A program made the translations under genes and the position numbers. The notes beneath the pieces were generated by a model. The model was not told the DNA's origin and did no database searches. It was given only the letters and a program-made list of their open reading frames with translations. A DNA stretch of 64,000 nt from Eledone cirrhosa (taxonomy: Eukaryota). Below are positions 1 to 13,427 of the stretch, piece after piece; the first letter of the stretch is position 1; every line of letters starts with the position of its first letter. The stretch lies in the NCBI GenBank assembly GCA_964016885.1, contig OZ024746.1:73594001-73658000 (forward strand), given 5' to 3'.

Positions 1-505
1 CTTCAAATCTTTGATTGCCTTACTTATTATACTACCTTCAACTAGCACTGCTGGTCCCTCTATTGGATCGATGTGGGGGAGACTGTCTTTCTCCCATTTA
101 TTCTTCTCATTTAGTAGCCTTTTGTAGTGACACTTCCAAGCTACCTTCTTATCAGCGTCAGTGATGGCAAGTACACCATCATCATTAAAGACACACTTCT
201 CCCCGACAATATCACGGTTTTCCTTGATACATTGCCTAGCAATCCTGAACACTATATATATTATAGAAATGACTTCTACAGGACTAGAACTGTTTCATTT
301 GTAAGAAATCATCAGGACTTTACTAATGATTTCTTACGAAGGAAACAGTTCTATTCCTTATAGAATATTTCTATAATAAGATAACTAAAATAACTCTGCC
401 TATACTCTACTAACATAATATACCTTTTCTAATTGTCATCACCTCCTGATATACATTTGGAAAGCCCTTTAGCTAAATTCCTGTGGAGAGCAGGGTGGAG
501 GAAGC

Positions 506-546
506 ACTGTCCTGATGATGGCCTAAGCCAGAAACATGTTGGTAGT
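506..546 (+). ncRNA. Minimal type-I hammerhead ribozyme
   Basis: actgtc-CTGATGA-tggc(ctaa)gcca-GAAA-catg-TT-ggtagt. Stem I actgtc/ggtagt (with G-U pairs), stem II tggc/gcca, palindromic stem III AACATGTT. Confidence 0.85.
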
Positions 547-840
547 TATCCCCTGCTGCTTCTGCCGGAACCTGCTAAATGGCACTAGCTGTCAGCTTTT
601 CAATATACATAGCTAAAAGGCTTTCCAAATGTTTATTTGTAAACATGCAATATATCATTAAATTTACAAAATTCACATACTTATATGTATACAGCTATGT
701 CTGAGCAAAAACTTTAATTCTACTTTCAGGCTGGGCTGACTTGACAGCTCCATATGCAAATGAGTCACATATACATAAGTGAAAAAAACTATATATTTTT
801 GCCTGCTTTAAATTCCAGCATAGACCAAGGCAGGGGAAGC

Positions 841-881
841 ACTGTCCTGATGATGGCCTGAGCCAGAAAGGTGTTGGCAAT
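841..881 (+). ncRNA. Minimal type-I hammerhead ribozyme (second copy, stem III mutated)
   Basis: actgtc-CTGATGA-tggc(ctga)gcca-GAAA-ggtg-TT-ggcaat. Confidence 0.7.
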
Positions 882-1099
882 TATCCCCTGCTGCTTCTGT
901 GTGTGTATGTATATATAGAGTAATGTAGTTTATACGAAGCATTGTGAGATATGTAGTAAAAGATCGATAATTCTTTTTAAAAGCCAGTACAATGTGGTAG
1001 AAAAATATGAAATGCAAATGGTGACAAATGAAACAAAACAAAACAATGTAATATTTTATCCAGTTTATGATATTTCAGTCCAAGACAAAAGAACATGAA

Positions 1100-1380
1100 C
1101 AATCAAAGTTTTCTTCCCTAACTGTTCCGTCAACAATGCAGAAATGTGCATAAGAGCATAAGATCACATGCAAAAAATGTAGCTCCTCATACATCAAAAG
1201 TGCCATAAGGATTAAGGAGTATATGACACTAAGAGCCTCTTCTGTTAAAAAAATCTTGACAGATTCCAAGTCACTGAGGTCACCATTGAAGCAACTGAAA
1301 GGAATATTGGGAATTTAAGGATTAAAGAGGCCATTTTCATCAGCCAAATAAAACCAGGAATAAATAATAAATCAGAAATG
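1100..1380 (+). pseudogene. Degenerate Penelope-like GIY-YIG endonuclease fragment
   Basis: Broken frames read ITCKKCSSSYI...RIKE and EVTIEATERNIGNLRIKEAIFISQIKPGINNKSE, similar to the PLE endonuclease C-terminus at 43740-43995. Confidence 0.65.
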
Positions 1381-1642
1381 TGTGAGGCAGAATGATTACT
1401 GTACCTATCCTGCGCATGCATTTTGCAAACACACAGATGAGCTAGGGAAGACAACTCAGTTTGTTTTGTCTTTGGCTGTTTCAGCTTCATATTTGAAAAG
1501 AAGGTAAGAACCCTGAAATATGCTAAAATACACCAGGTAAAACATCATTTGTTTTATTTTGCTAAGCTAGCATACGGATTACCCATGAAATTAACCTGGT
1601 AACCTAAGGTATAAGAGGAAGAAATAGTGTAGAGTGGGAATG

Positions 1643-1712
1643 CTTCTTCTTCTTCATCATCATCATCATCTTCTTCTTCTTCTTCTTCTTCTTCTTCTTC
1701 TTCTTCTTCTTC
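1643..1712. repeat. (TCT)n/(TCA)n microsatellite
   Basis: Directly visible; explains the poly-E/D ORF 1554..1739. Confidence 0.95.
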
Positions 1713-2009
1713 CAGAGGGTCCTGAGTGCAATAGTCCATAAGGCTAGGGTCCTATATTTATGAATTTCCTAACTATACTATGGTGTGAAATCAATGCTTA
1801 GCATGGACATTTCACTTAGGTTGTATACTCTGCAATGTGTATCATAAACAGTGACTATTATAAAGCTCCATCTGTAGGTAGAATTCTGGAGATAGTTGCT
1901 GCATTAAAAAAACCCATCTGTTATATTTATCTGTGTACAGAGTGAGTAACAATATATACATTCCTTTATACTTAAAGTGAAGTGAAGCCTACTATTTAAA
2001 ACTGTAGTC

Positions 2010-2085
2010 ATATCCTCATCCTTATCATTATCATCATTGCAATCATCATAACCCACTCACCACCACCACCACCACCACCACCACC

Positions 2086-2116
<31 letters not shown>

Positions 2117-2512
2117 CCATCACCCACCACCACCACCACCACCACCACCACCACCGCAACAACAACAACCATAACCCACCACCACCACCACCACCACAAC
2201 AACAACAACAACAACAACCACCTAGCACCACCACCACCACAACAACAACAAAAACAACAACAACCATCACCCACCACCACCACCACCACAACAACCACCA
2301 CCCACCACCACCACAACAACAACAACAACCATAACCCACCACCACCACCACCACCACCACAACAACAATCACCACCCACCACCACCACAACAACAACAAC
2401 AACAACCATAACCCACCACCACCACCACCACCACCACCACCACCACCACAACAACAACAATCACCCACCACCACCACCACCACCACCACCACAACAACCA
2501 CCACCCACCACC

Positions 2513-2543
<31 letters not shown>

Positions 2544-2790
2544 CCATAACCCACCACCACCACCACCACCACCACAACAACAATCACCACCCACCACCAC
2601 CACAACAACAACAACAACAACCATAACCCACCACCACCACCACCACCACAACAACAACCATCACCCACCACCACCACCACCACCACCACCACCACAACAA
2701 CAACAATCACCTACCACCACCACCACCACCACCACCATCACCACCACCACCACCATCATCCTTATCATTATCATCGTCATCATTGCCTTC
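2010..2790. repeat. Compound (CAC)n/(CAA)n trinucleotide array with higher-order units
   Basis: Alternating CAC and CAA blocks punctuated by CCATAACC / CCATCACC / CAATCACC; explains the W/V/G/C-rich ORFs. Confidence 0.95.
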
Positions 2791-4562
2791 ACCCCCCCCC
2801 CTCCCCTCCCCCCATCATCATGATCACCACCATTTAACTTCTATTTTTCATGCTTGCATGACTTAGACAAGTTGTCATGTTCTGAAGGTAGACAGGTCAG
2901 GTGACCACGTATTGCTCATACATTCTGTTCTGAGGTTACATTAAATTTATCATATTCTTTTCTCTATTCAAGTGAACTCTGAACAGACCTATTCTCGATG
3001 AGAACAAAATAAAACTGAAACATATAGAAAGCTGTCTTCTGTACCTTCCTGGAAAATAAAAGTAATATTATTCTTTGGCTAATATTGTAATATACCTCTC
3101 ACATACTTTGCATCACATATTTTGAACTCCTTGTATTCAGTAATTTAACATTAACTTCCTAATAGTATATCTAAGCCTGAATTATCCAATATATGTTCAT
3201 ATGTTCTTTAAAAAAAAAAAAAAAAAGTTGTAAGATATCATTCAAGAGATATTAGTTGCTATTTCTTACTCTAGTTTTAAGACCAAGCTAGAAAGACGCT
3301 GAAAGTCATACAAGCTAGGTGTAAGGGAGATAACTGTATATATTTTCGACTAAAATACATGACCCATTACGATACTTGCACTGAAAAAAAAATAATTATA
3401 CATAAACAACGTTGTATTTTCTTGTTTAGATATCAGATCAGTTATGAAAGTACTAAAAAAAAAAACAAAAGAAAAAAAAACTCCATAAAAATAGTGAAAA
3501 TGTCTTTACACTGGTCAATAATTTAGGATTTATCTTTTCAGTGAATGGATTTCTACGGTGTTACAGGGCAAGCTAGAAATAGTAGTAAAATTCGCCTTAC
3601 TATCTTAGAAAAGGACACATTGGATGATGTGCTGGTAGTGTTCTGTGTAGTGTTGCCAAGAATAAACGCACTAACTAATGGTCAATGGCACGCTAAAATA
3701 CGCCAATATTTTGTTAAAAGGCACTAAACAACGCGCTAAGATCATTAAAAAATATTGGGCAAGCATTGATTAGGTGGAAAATATTGCTGCTAAAACATTT
3801 AAAATAGATATAAAAATGCTAAAAATCATTGAACTTATCTATTAAACAATAATGAAGAATTCTAAATCAAAGCTCTTAACATGGAATCTGTTGTCAACTT
3901 TTTATTCTGGAGTCAGGTTATATACATCGATCGTTCCTATTTTCTGTAAGAAATATCCTTTGACATGTTTATTGAGGAAATTTACATTTGGATAGTTCAT
4001 TCTTAAATTGAAAACCGAGGTAGGGTTTGGGGCTTACAAAATCCGGAGGACACTCATTTTGCTTAAGTTTTTTCTTGGTATAAGAATAATTGAACTAAGG
4101 AAATATATCAAATATTGTGGATCGATCAATAATTCAGTTGGATCTTGTTTTCTGAGCCCCCCCCCCCCCCCCCCATAAAAAAAGAAAAGAAAACAAAGTC
4201 GTTCTTTTCGTTAAAGCAAGAAGATAGAATTTCTACTTTTCTTACTATGCGAAATGGTAATGAAGTTCAACCCACTGATAAAACATTCTTGTACTAGGTG
4301 AAATAAACTTTAATGCTAACTTACCGTCATTTATTGAGGCAAATAATTGCTTATATTTTGCTTAGCGAACAGAAGAAAGCGAAAACGACTTATAAGTTTC
4401 CTTAATCATGTATTCCAAATACTAGCATCTGCTATTGGTGGATAGCATCAGCAATGCAAAAACTAATGGAAACATTATTTTCTTGGTCCAATCTGACGAC
4501 CGGCTCCTTTCTTTTTCTTTTTTTAAAGAAAAAAAAAGAAGAATATTGACCATCATTATTAA

Positions 4563-5370
4563 TTAACTTTGCCTTTCATCCTTACGGGGTCGATAAAATA
4601 AAGTACCAGTAATGTACTGGGTAATTGCTGGCCTTGTGCCAACAGTAGAATTAACAGTAAGGGCGGTGGATTGGCAGTATGGGTAGAGAGTCGGACGCCA
4701 TGCTTTCCAGCATAGTTACGTCCCTTTACGATCTGAGTTCAAATCCCGCCGAGGTTGACTTTGCCTTTCACCCTTACGGGATCGATAAAATAAAGTACCA
4801 GTAATGCACTGGGATAATTGCTGGCCTTGTGCCAAAAGTAGAAACAATTATTAGGCGAGTATCAGTAAAGGGTCAGACACCATGCTTTGCAACATAGAGT
4901 TACAGCTCTTTTCGGTCTGGGTTCAAATCCCGCCAAGGTTAACTTTGCCTTTCATCCTTCGGGGGTCGATAAAATAAAGTACCAGTAAATCACTGATATA
5001 ATTGCTGGCCTTGTGCTAAAAGTAGAAACAATTATTAGGCGTCAGAGAGTTACGGGTCTTTACGTTCTAAGTTCAAATCCCGCCGAGGTTAGCTTTGTCT
5101 TTCATCCTTACGGGGTCGATAGGATAAAGCACCAGTAATGTACTGGGGGTTGATTTAATTGACTTTTCCCTCCCCCTTCAAATTGCTGGCCTTGTGCCTA
5201 AAGTAGAAACAATTATTAGGTGGTGAATCGACAGTCATTAGAACGTCGGATAGAATGTTTGGCGATATTCGTTTCGGCTCTCTGCTCCCTGAGTTCAAAT
5301 CTCGCCGAGGTCAATACTTCCTTTCATCCATTCAGGATCGATAAAAAAAGTATCAGTCTAGGACAAGGAT
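4563..5370 (+). mobile_element. Cluster of ~5 head-to-tail tRNA-derived SINE copies (octopus OK/OR-like)
   Basis: Pol III A-box-like TGGCAGTATGGG and B-box GAGTTCAAATCC; conserved core GACTTTGCCTTTCATCC...GTCGATAAAATAAAGTACCAGT; tail GCTGGCCTTGTGCCAAAAGTAGAAACAATTATT. Confidence 0.85.
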
Positions 5371-5779
5371 CGATTCTTCCTCTATATCTCTTTCTCACTT
5401 CCACTCTCTCACTCTTTATCCTTCTCTGGAAGAAATTTGCTGTATTCAGACCTGGAGGGGAGATGGGTTCCGCCAGTCTGTTAAAGCCCCAGAAAGACCG
5501 TATGATATACATGCATTGACCATCATTGCTAATTTGTTAATTTTTTTACTTTCTTTATTTGATTTTTCTTCTTCTTGCTTTGCTCCAAAATGAGGAGTGT
5601 GGGAAAAGAGTAGGAAGAGGAAGTGGAGGATGTTGCCGTCACTGTTATCCGCGGGTTCTACGCCTATGTTTACAGCATATATGTATTCTGTTATAATCTT
5701 TTATCGCATTATAGTTGTGATTAAAGTGAAAGTTGACAAATATTAATTGCCAGCTATAGCATTGTATAATATATAGATT

Positions 5780-6075
5780 GGTCAAAGTCAGGGTGATACA
5801 AGTACCGACCGAAATAGGCTAATCGAGGCCGCCATTGCTGGCAGCGAGGATCAAACCACCACTCCCGAAGCCTATAGGATGAATAGGGAGAACTGTTCCG
5901 AAATGAGGATGGAGCTTCTAATTCAAACCTACCAACAATCTTTCGACTCTATCTCCGAGGTGATAGACCTCCCCGATGGCACCTCTATGGCGTAAGTGGT
6001 GGAAGGGAGAAGGCTGCGGTATCCCATTTGTGGAGCCGCCACTAAATTAAAGGCAATCTGCTTAAAATTGGTCAT
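5780..6075 (+). pseudogene. Probable L1/Tx1 ORF1 relic (degenerate zinc knuckle)
   Basis: EVIDLPDGTSMA*VVEGRRLRYPICGAATKLKAIC resembles a decayed VEGR.P.CxxCxxxxHxxxxC gag-like knuckle; family assigned from memory. Confidence 0.4.
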
Positions 6076-7012
6076 AGGGAGAAACACACATCTGCCATTT
6101 CCTCAACCGCGGCGGTTAACAAAACCAGCGGCATCGGTGACTATAACAAGAGTAACAACGAAAGAAGTAGCAAAGGTATAAAAATCTTCCGCGGCAGATG
6201 TGAGGGCGGCGACGGCTTGCACCGACACCAGAAGAGGTGGCTAAACCAGCAACAGTGACAGTGCAGCCACATCAACAGCAACTCTCAACATCAACAACGA
6301 AATTTCCCAACCTAAACACAACGCCTAAGGACATGTCCCTCCCCTGTTCTGAATTTCCTGGACGACGGAGATATAAATGAAGGGGGATGGCAAACTGTAT
6401 CCAATAGGGAGAGGAGACAAAAAAAGGGACCAAACCCTGTCCCTAACGAAAGTTGACAGGAGAAAAATGAAAGCCCCAAAGCAACCACCACCACCATTGT
6501 TTGCATTTTTCAAGAATCTTCCAATAGCTATCGAATACATTATCACGTTCTCCATCCTCCATTCTTCATCTATCTTCTCTAAATAGAGATGAGTAATTTG
6601 TCTACATTCATCTTTCCTCTATTTCTGACGGTGGAAGTATGGTTTAAAAGGCGGTGTTTAAATATACTCTCCAATATGACAATATGATATTTCTACTTGC
6701 AATCTAGCTTTAGTAGATGCGCCCGCTGCTAAATGGATGATTACTTCGGCATTGAAAAGAAGGGTACGGCATTTTTTCCTTTGCATTAGCAATTAAACTT
6801 GAAATAACGTAATAAATATTTCACTCGACTTATATGATTACTTTTATTTTGTACGTGAGAATATTTGTAATTTACTATATATACAGACACCCATGTGTAT
6901 ATATGCGTGTAAGGATGTACGTGTCTGTCTGTTTAATGTGCGTACTGTATATATACATATATAAGTATATATGTATAGATATATAGATATAGATATATAT
7001 ATATATACATCT

Positions 7013-7187
<175 letters not shown>

Positions 7188-7189
7188 AA

Positions 7190-7678
7190 ACGAAAGAGAG
7201 GCGGTTTTCCTCTGTATAGTGGCTATGATGATAGAGGTTATATGGTGGACGAGATTGAAAGGACTGAGGACAGATGCCTTTCTCTCGGGACAACAACTGA
7301 TTCCCTTTTTTAGATACCACTTTAGAAGGAGAATCAGAGTGGAGAGAGAGGCACTGAACCCCAGTAAATTTACTGAAAGGTGGGTGAATGCAGCAAAAAT
7401 GGCCCGAGTGATTGGGCCTTCTCTGTATATAAACCTGTATGTTGAAGAAGGGAGCAAAGGGAAGAAAGGAGGACTTGCACAACACGCTCCTGGAGTTGAG
7501 GGTTGTTCAATCTACGGGGTATTAAACAACCCATTTGTAAAGCCTCGCCCCTATTGGGGATTTCGATTGTTGAATTTGTTTGTTAAAATGTTACTTTTTA
7601 CACGATTGTATATAAAATCCCCGGCATATGTCCTTGTATTGTTCCCTTTTCTTGTGCGCCCTTGTGGCAAATAAAGAA

Positions 7679-7680
<2 letters not shown>
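7190..7680 (+). mobile_element. 3' end of an L1/Tx1-like LINE ORF2 plus 3'UTR
   Basis: EVIWWTRLKGL...FFRYHFRRRIRVERE...FTERW resembles the Tx1 C-terminal IW..R...F...W pattern; ends in AATAAAG followed by (TA)n. Confidence 0.5.
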
Positions 7681-7710
<30 letters not shown>

Positions 7711-7766
7711 ATATATATATATATATATATGTCAGGTCACCAGTTGGTATGTATGTATATATATAT

Positions 7767-8484
<718 letters not shown>

Positions 8485-8499
8485 TTATATATATATATA

Positions 8500-9532
8500 T
8501 AAATTTGTAGGCTAGTTCGCCTCTAGAGGCGAACTAGCCTACAAATTTAGAAGGGCCCTAAAGAAACATAATCTCAATATTAAGATAGTAGAAAGACCTG
8601 GTACCTCCGTAAAAACACTTATTAGCAAGACATACCCGTTCCAAAGACCCTCATGTATAGATAAGATATGTATAACCTGTAAAATAAGCCCCCATATTAA
8701 CTGTAAAACTAGAAATGTGGTATATAGCATAAGATGTACTGAAGGACAATGTAGAAACAAAAATGTAGTGTACATAGGTGAGACAGCTCGTAGTATAGGG
8801 GAACGAATAAATGAACACTGGCGAGACCTCCAAGATAGTAAAGAATCATCTGTGCTCTACCAACATGCTAAGATAGAACACAGGGGTAAATTAGAGAGCA
8901 TAGAAATAAAAATAGAATCCACACACAAGAAAGACGCAATGTTTAGGCAAATTACAGAGGCAGTAAGCATAAAAGAATTAAAACCAAAATTAAATAGAAA
9001 ATATGAGTGGAACAGCAACATCACAACTTACAATTAAGGACAAAATGAAAACACACACACACATAGAACAAACAACTTACAATTGAAAACACACACAAAA
9101 TGAAAACACACACACATAGAACAAACAACCAACCAACAATAAATAAATAAATAAACAAACAAATAGAAAAATATAAATAGAAAAATATAAATAGAAAAAT
9201 AGAAAAATGAACACAAACACACACAGACACCCGGATGTGGCGCATGCGCAAACTGAGCACGCAACCCACACACAAACAAAATGGCGTAGGATAGAAGAAA
9301 GGAAAGGCACAGAAACGAAGAAAGAAATCCCCAGTCACTGAAGAGGTCACAGAGTGTGTGACGAAAGAACTATGACTATATATATATAAACAACTATCTG
9401 GTTGTGGAACCAACCAACCAACCAGAAATTTATAAATTTGTAAATTTATAAATATTTAATAAATTAAATTGAAGTGAAAGCAACTGGTGCGTGTGTTTCT
9501 TATTGGCAACATGACCCTCCCAAAGTATAACA
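8500..9532 (+). mobile_element. 5'-truncated Penelope-like element, family A (GIY-YIG region + terminal repeat) with a 50-bp palindrome at the 5' junction
   Basis: ORF 8717..9037 (VVYSIRC...YIGETAR...RINEH...ITEA...KPKLNRK) is nearly identical to the end of ORF 45614..47269; perfect palindrome 8500-8549; flanked by (TA)n. Confidence 0.9.
9333..9377 (+). ncRNA. Minimal type-I hammerhead ribozyme in PLE-A terminal repeat
   Basis: agtca-CTGAAGA-g-gtcac(agagtgt)gtgac-GAAA-gaac-TA-tgact. Confidence 0.8.
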
Positions 9533-9617
9533 ATATATATATATATTTATACATATATATATACATATGTATATATATATGTGTATATATATATATATAC
9601 ATATATATATACATATG

Positions 9618-9672
9618 TATATATATTTCAGGGATATCATATTAACAATATGCTATGCCTTCCTCAGACAAA
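9618..9672 (-). ncRNA. Hammerhead-like motif (stem I register uncertain)
   Basis: Minus strand: ttgt-CTGAGGA-aggcatagca(loop)tgatatccct-GAAA-tatata. Homologue at 42705-42756. Partial inverted copy at 9742-9770. Confidence 0.5.
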
Positions 9673-9816
9673 ATACAATATAAACAGTTTTATAGATAAA
9701 TAGATTTGACATACCGTACAACATCGACTTGTATTTGAAAAGTTAATATGATATCTCTGAAATATATATAATGAAATAAATACATATGTATATATATATA
9801 TATATATATACATATG

Positions 9817-9848
<32 letters not shown>

Positions 9849-9860
9849 TACATACATATA

Positions 9861-10005
<145 letters not shown>

Positions 10006-10325
10006 AAATATAGTCACACACACACATGTCTATATGTATGTATGAAAGAATGTATATATTTGTGTTGTCAGTTTAGTAACATCATCTATTAAAGCTGCTG
10101 GACTTGTTTGACATGACACCAGACATATATTCATTTGTTTAACCTTTAATTTAAAAGAGGTGGCTGACCAGGTGTGATGCACGGTTCTGGGTAAACGCAG
10201 TTCTGTAACGGTTCCATTATGATTCTCAAATACGAGCTTCCTTTTATTACTCACGAATGCACACACACACATATGTAAATACACTCGTTAATACACGTAC
10301 ATCAATGTTTGTCTGTGTGTCTGCA

Positions 10326-10376
<51 letters not shown>

Positions 10377-10378
<2 letters not shown>

Positions 10379-10561
10379 CGGAGGAAAAGTGGTAAGGAAC
10401 CAGGTGGACCATAACGCACCAAAGTACTCAATACTTAGGGTAGTAGAGTGGGTAATAGGAACGAGTAGGACCCCGACGGCTGAGCTCAAGCCGTTTCGAC
10501 GGCTAATTCTGGAATTAGCCGTCGAAACGGCTTGAGCTCAGCCGTCGGGGTCCTACTCGTT

Positions 10562-10616
<55 letters not shown>

Positions 10617-10801
10617 CGGAGGAAAAGTGGTAAGGAACCAGGTGGACCATAACGCACCAAAGTACTCAATACTTAGGGTAGTAGAGTGGGTAATAGGAAC
10701 GAGTAGGACCCCGACGGCTGAGCTCAAGCCGTTTCGACGGCTAATTCTGGAATTAGCCGTCGAAACGGCTTGAGCTCAGCCGTCGGGGTCCTACTCGTTC
10801 C

Positions 10802-10804
<3 letters not shown>
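10377..10804 (-). mobile_element. Two tandem copies (238-bp period) of a ~190-bp fold-back element in (TA)n
   Basis: Each copy ends in a perfect 55-bp-arm hairpin (10455-10566, 10693-10804; 2-nt loop). Same family at 58076-58297 and a fragment near 51748-51783. Confidence 0.8.
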
Positions 10805-10862
<58 letters not shown>

Positions 10863-12084
10863 CTGTTAGAACACGAAAAGTGTGAAACAACAGAATGTTC
10901 ACTTTTCGTGTTCTAACATATATGGGTAACTTCTTCATAAATTTTCCGGGGATAGCCGTGGTGGTGGTGATCGTATGTCATTGGCTAATTTTCAACCAAT
11001 CAGAGTAAGTGTTGATATATATATATATATATATATATACTATTCCCCCTCTCTCTATATATATCTTACGCTTTCGCTTTACACTCCTCCCCTTCAATAA
11101 CACATTTCCCCCTCTCTATATATCTCTTATACTGTTACACTTATATTTCCATTTATTTATTACCCCCTCTCTCTATATCTCTTCCACTGTTACTTACGCC
11201 TGTTTCTCTCTATCTGTTCCGTCTCTATATATATCTCTCTTACTCTTTCGCTTTGCACTCCTCCCCTTCAATACCATCTCTCCCCCTCTCTATATATTTG
11301 TTACTCTATCGCTGCACGCTCCTCTCTTTCAATATATCAATTACACACTTACGCTGTACACTCCTTTACCCCCAGCGCCCCTATATATACACCTCCCCCC
11401 CGCATCTATATTTTAATGTTCCGTTGCACCGTGAATATATGTGTCTATATATATATACATATATATTGTATATACACATTCATGTAGGTGTATACACACT
11501 CATGTATGTATATACACACTCATGTATGTATATACACTGGTTTTATGTGTGTATTGTAAATTTGTACTGTTAAAACACGAAACTAACATTCGATTGACAC
11601 TTTGATTACCTGTACAGGCAATAGTTATTAGAATGCTGTTGAAGTGTGTATATAACATGCTTATAATATTGGTTGTATCATATTTACTTGTATATTTGTC
11701 TATATTGTTTGTTTTGTGTTAAATTATTTTATTATTATTATGTTGGATTATTTTTTTAATTATTATGTTAAACTATTTGTATGTAATATTTAATTTTTTT
11801 TATTAATTCAACTATAATAATCGACATATGAAATTTAAATCAACAATAGGAGAAAAAATAATATCTTATTGCACAAACAATAATTCTGCACAAATGTTGC
11901 TCCATTATTAGATCTAATGTTGCAACGATACAGTTAAATGTTGTCTGTGTATTTTAAAAAAGATTTGCTTATAATCTTTTCAAATTTCATTACGCCAATG
12001 ATTCAAGCTCAAATTGACATTATCTAAAAAATTGTACAAACAGCGGTGGATTAGCAGTAGTGAACAGATAAATCAGTCAATTTA

Positions 12085-12195
12085 TTAAGATTGACTTGGC
12101 ATCAATCAGCAAGACCTTCATTAGCTGCTCTCCAGCCATCTATTTAAAGCTGTATACATCTATGGTACGAATACACTTGGAGTTCGCGTCAGCAT
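12085..12195 (+). pseudogene. Small CR1-like RT C-terminal fragment
   Basis: LASISKTFISCSPAIYLKLYTSMVRIHLEFAS matches the CR1 I.RTF......LY...VRPHLEY motif. Confidence 0.6.
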
Positions 12196-13427
12196 TGTAC
12201 ACAATATTTTCATTATTATTATCATTATTATTATTACACTCATTGATCCATTTTGCACTAACTCTGCATCAAGCACCCTCACCTAAATATTAACCAATCA
12301 AGGATCCAATACAGCTATCTGTTGGATGAGTATTGTATAGTGCCAAAAACGAAACCAATCAGTTTAGCAGAAAGTTTCCAGACAAGAAACACGCATATTT
12401 TGCTATCCTCAAACACGTTTACACATGGCATGAAATATAACTAATCCGAGATGGCTAGGTTTCATCTTCTAACTGGATATACGAAATCCATTATGTCTTG
12501 ACAACAACATGAGGTAACATTATGTTATTCACAGACACACTTTGTACACTGTTCCATATCAGAATGTATTTCCTTCGTCACATTCACAAACAGTATTGAA
12601 AATATGTTCTTTGGCAAATAAAAATGTTTTGTTCATAATATTTCAACTAGCGATTGCTCTACTCCACGCACGACCACCATAAATTAATGACCAGCTCAAC
12701 ACAAGTATTGGTAGAGCGTCAGACACCATGCTTTGCGGTATTGTTATGGTCCTTTGCATTCTAAGTTCAAATCCTGCCGAGGTTAACTTCGACTTTCATA
12801 CTTACTAATTCGATAAAATAAAGTACCAGTAATGGACTGCCGTAATGGATTTTTGCCGAAAAATAGAAACACTATTAATGTGCAATAAGAGCAAAATATA
12901 ACGACATTGCTCAATTATTTTATCTAATGTTGTAATAACACAAGGAAATGTTGTTTGTGTATTTTTTTTTATATTTGCTCATAGGCTTTTACAATTTCGC
13001 TCAGCCAACAACTATTAAAAAGTGAGTGGCTTAAGATAACAATTTAATCACAAATTGTTGCTATCTTTTAATACACTCCAACAAGTCATCAAATTATGTA
13101 CAATAAAAACAAATCTTATTAATTTGCTCAGGGAATATAAAGAAAATGTATATACACTGATAATTGCAATTGTATGTAAATATTTTGTTTTTGTATTGTT
13201 TATTTTATGTTTTCTATTATGTATAATATATTGATTTAATATTGATTGTTTTTTGTAGTTGTTTATATTAAAAGTCTGAAAATATTTTTATACATCTTAC
13301 ACTAATATTTATAAGATAATTTATAATAACAATTACATAATCTAATTACATTACAACGATAATTTATTATTAATATATATCCTGTTTAACTAGAGTTATT
13401 ACAAGCGTTGCCTTAAAAAAATATTAA

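Larger units (their letters stand above)
453..900 (+). mobile_element. Non-coding hammerhead-containing tandem monomer (~335 bp; candidate non-LTR retrozyme or PLE terminal-repeat derivative)
   Basis: Two HHR motifs 335 bp apart (506, 841) with near-identical flanks. The intervening sequence is homologous to 19021-19220. A 23-bp inverted arm at 453-475 pairs with 610-632. Confidence 0.7.

Noticed and set aside
1485-1503. 19-nt plus-strand exon (ttcag...gtaag)
   Set aside because: Frame-shifting length, next to a PLE relic, no supporting exons.
2008-2710. W/V/G/C-rich ORFs suggesting a structural protein
   Set aside because: Open in all three minus frames because of the CAC/CAA array; no flanking coding signal.
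3545-3900. Possible old RTE fragment or short gene
   Set aside because: Only a weak LEIV.KF-like motif with many stops; not enough to call.
4660-4755. tRNA genes at SINE heads
   Set aside because: A/B boxes are present but followed by SINE core and tail; no complete cloverleaf identified.
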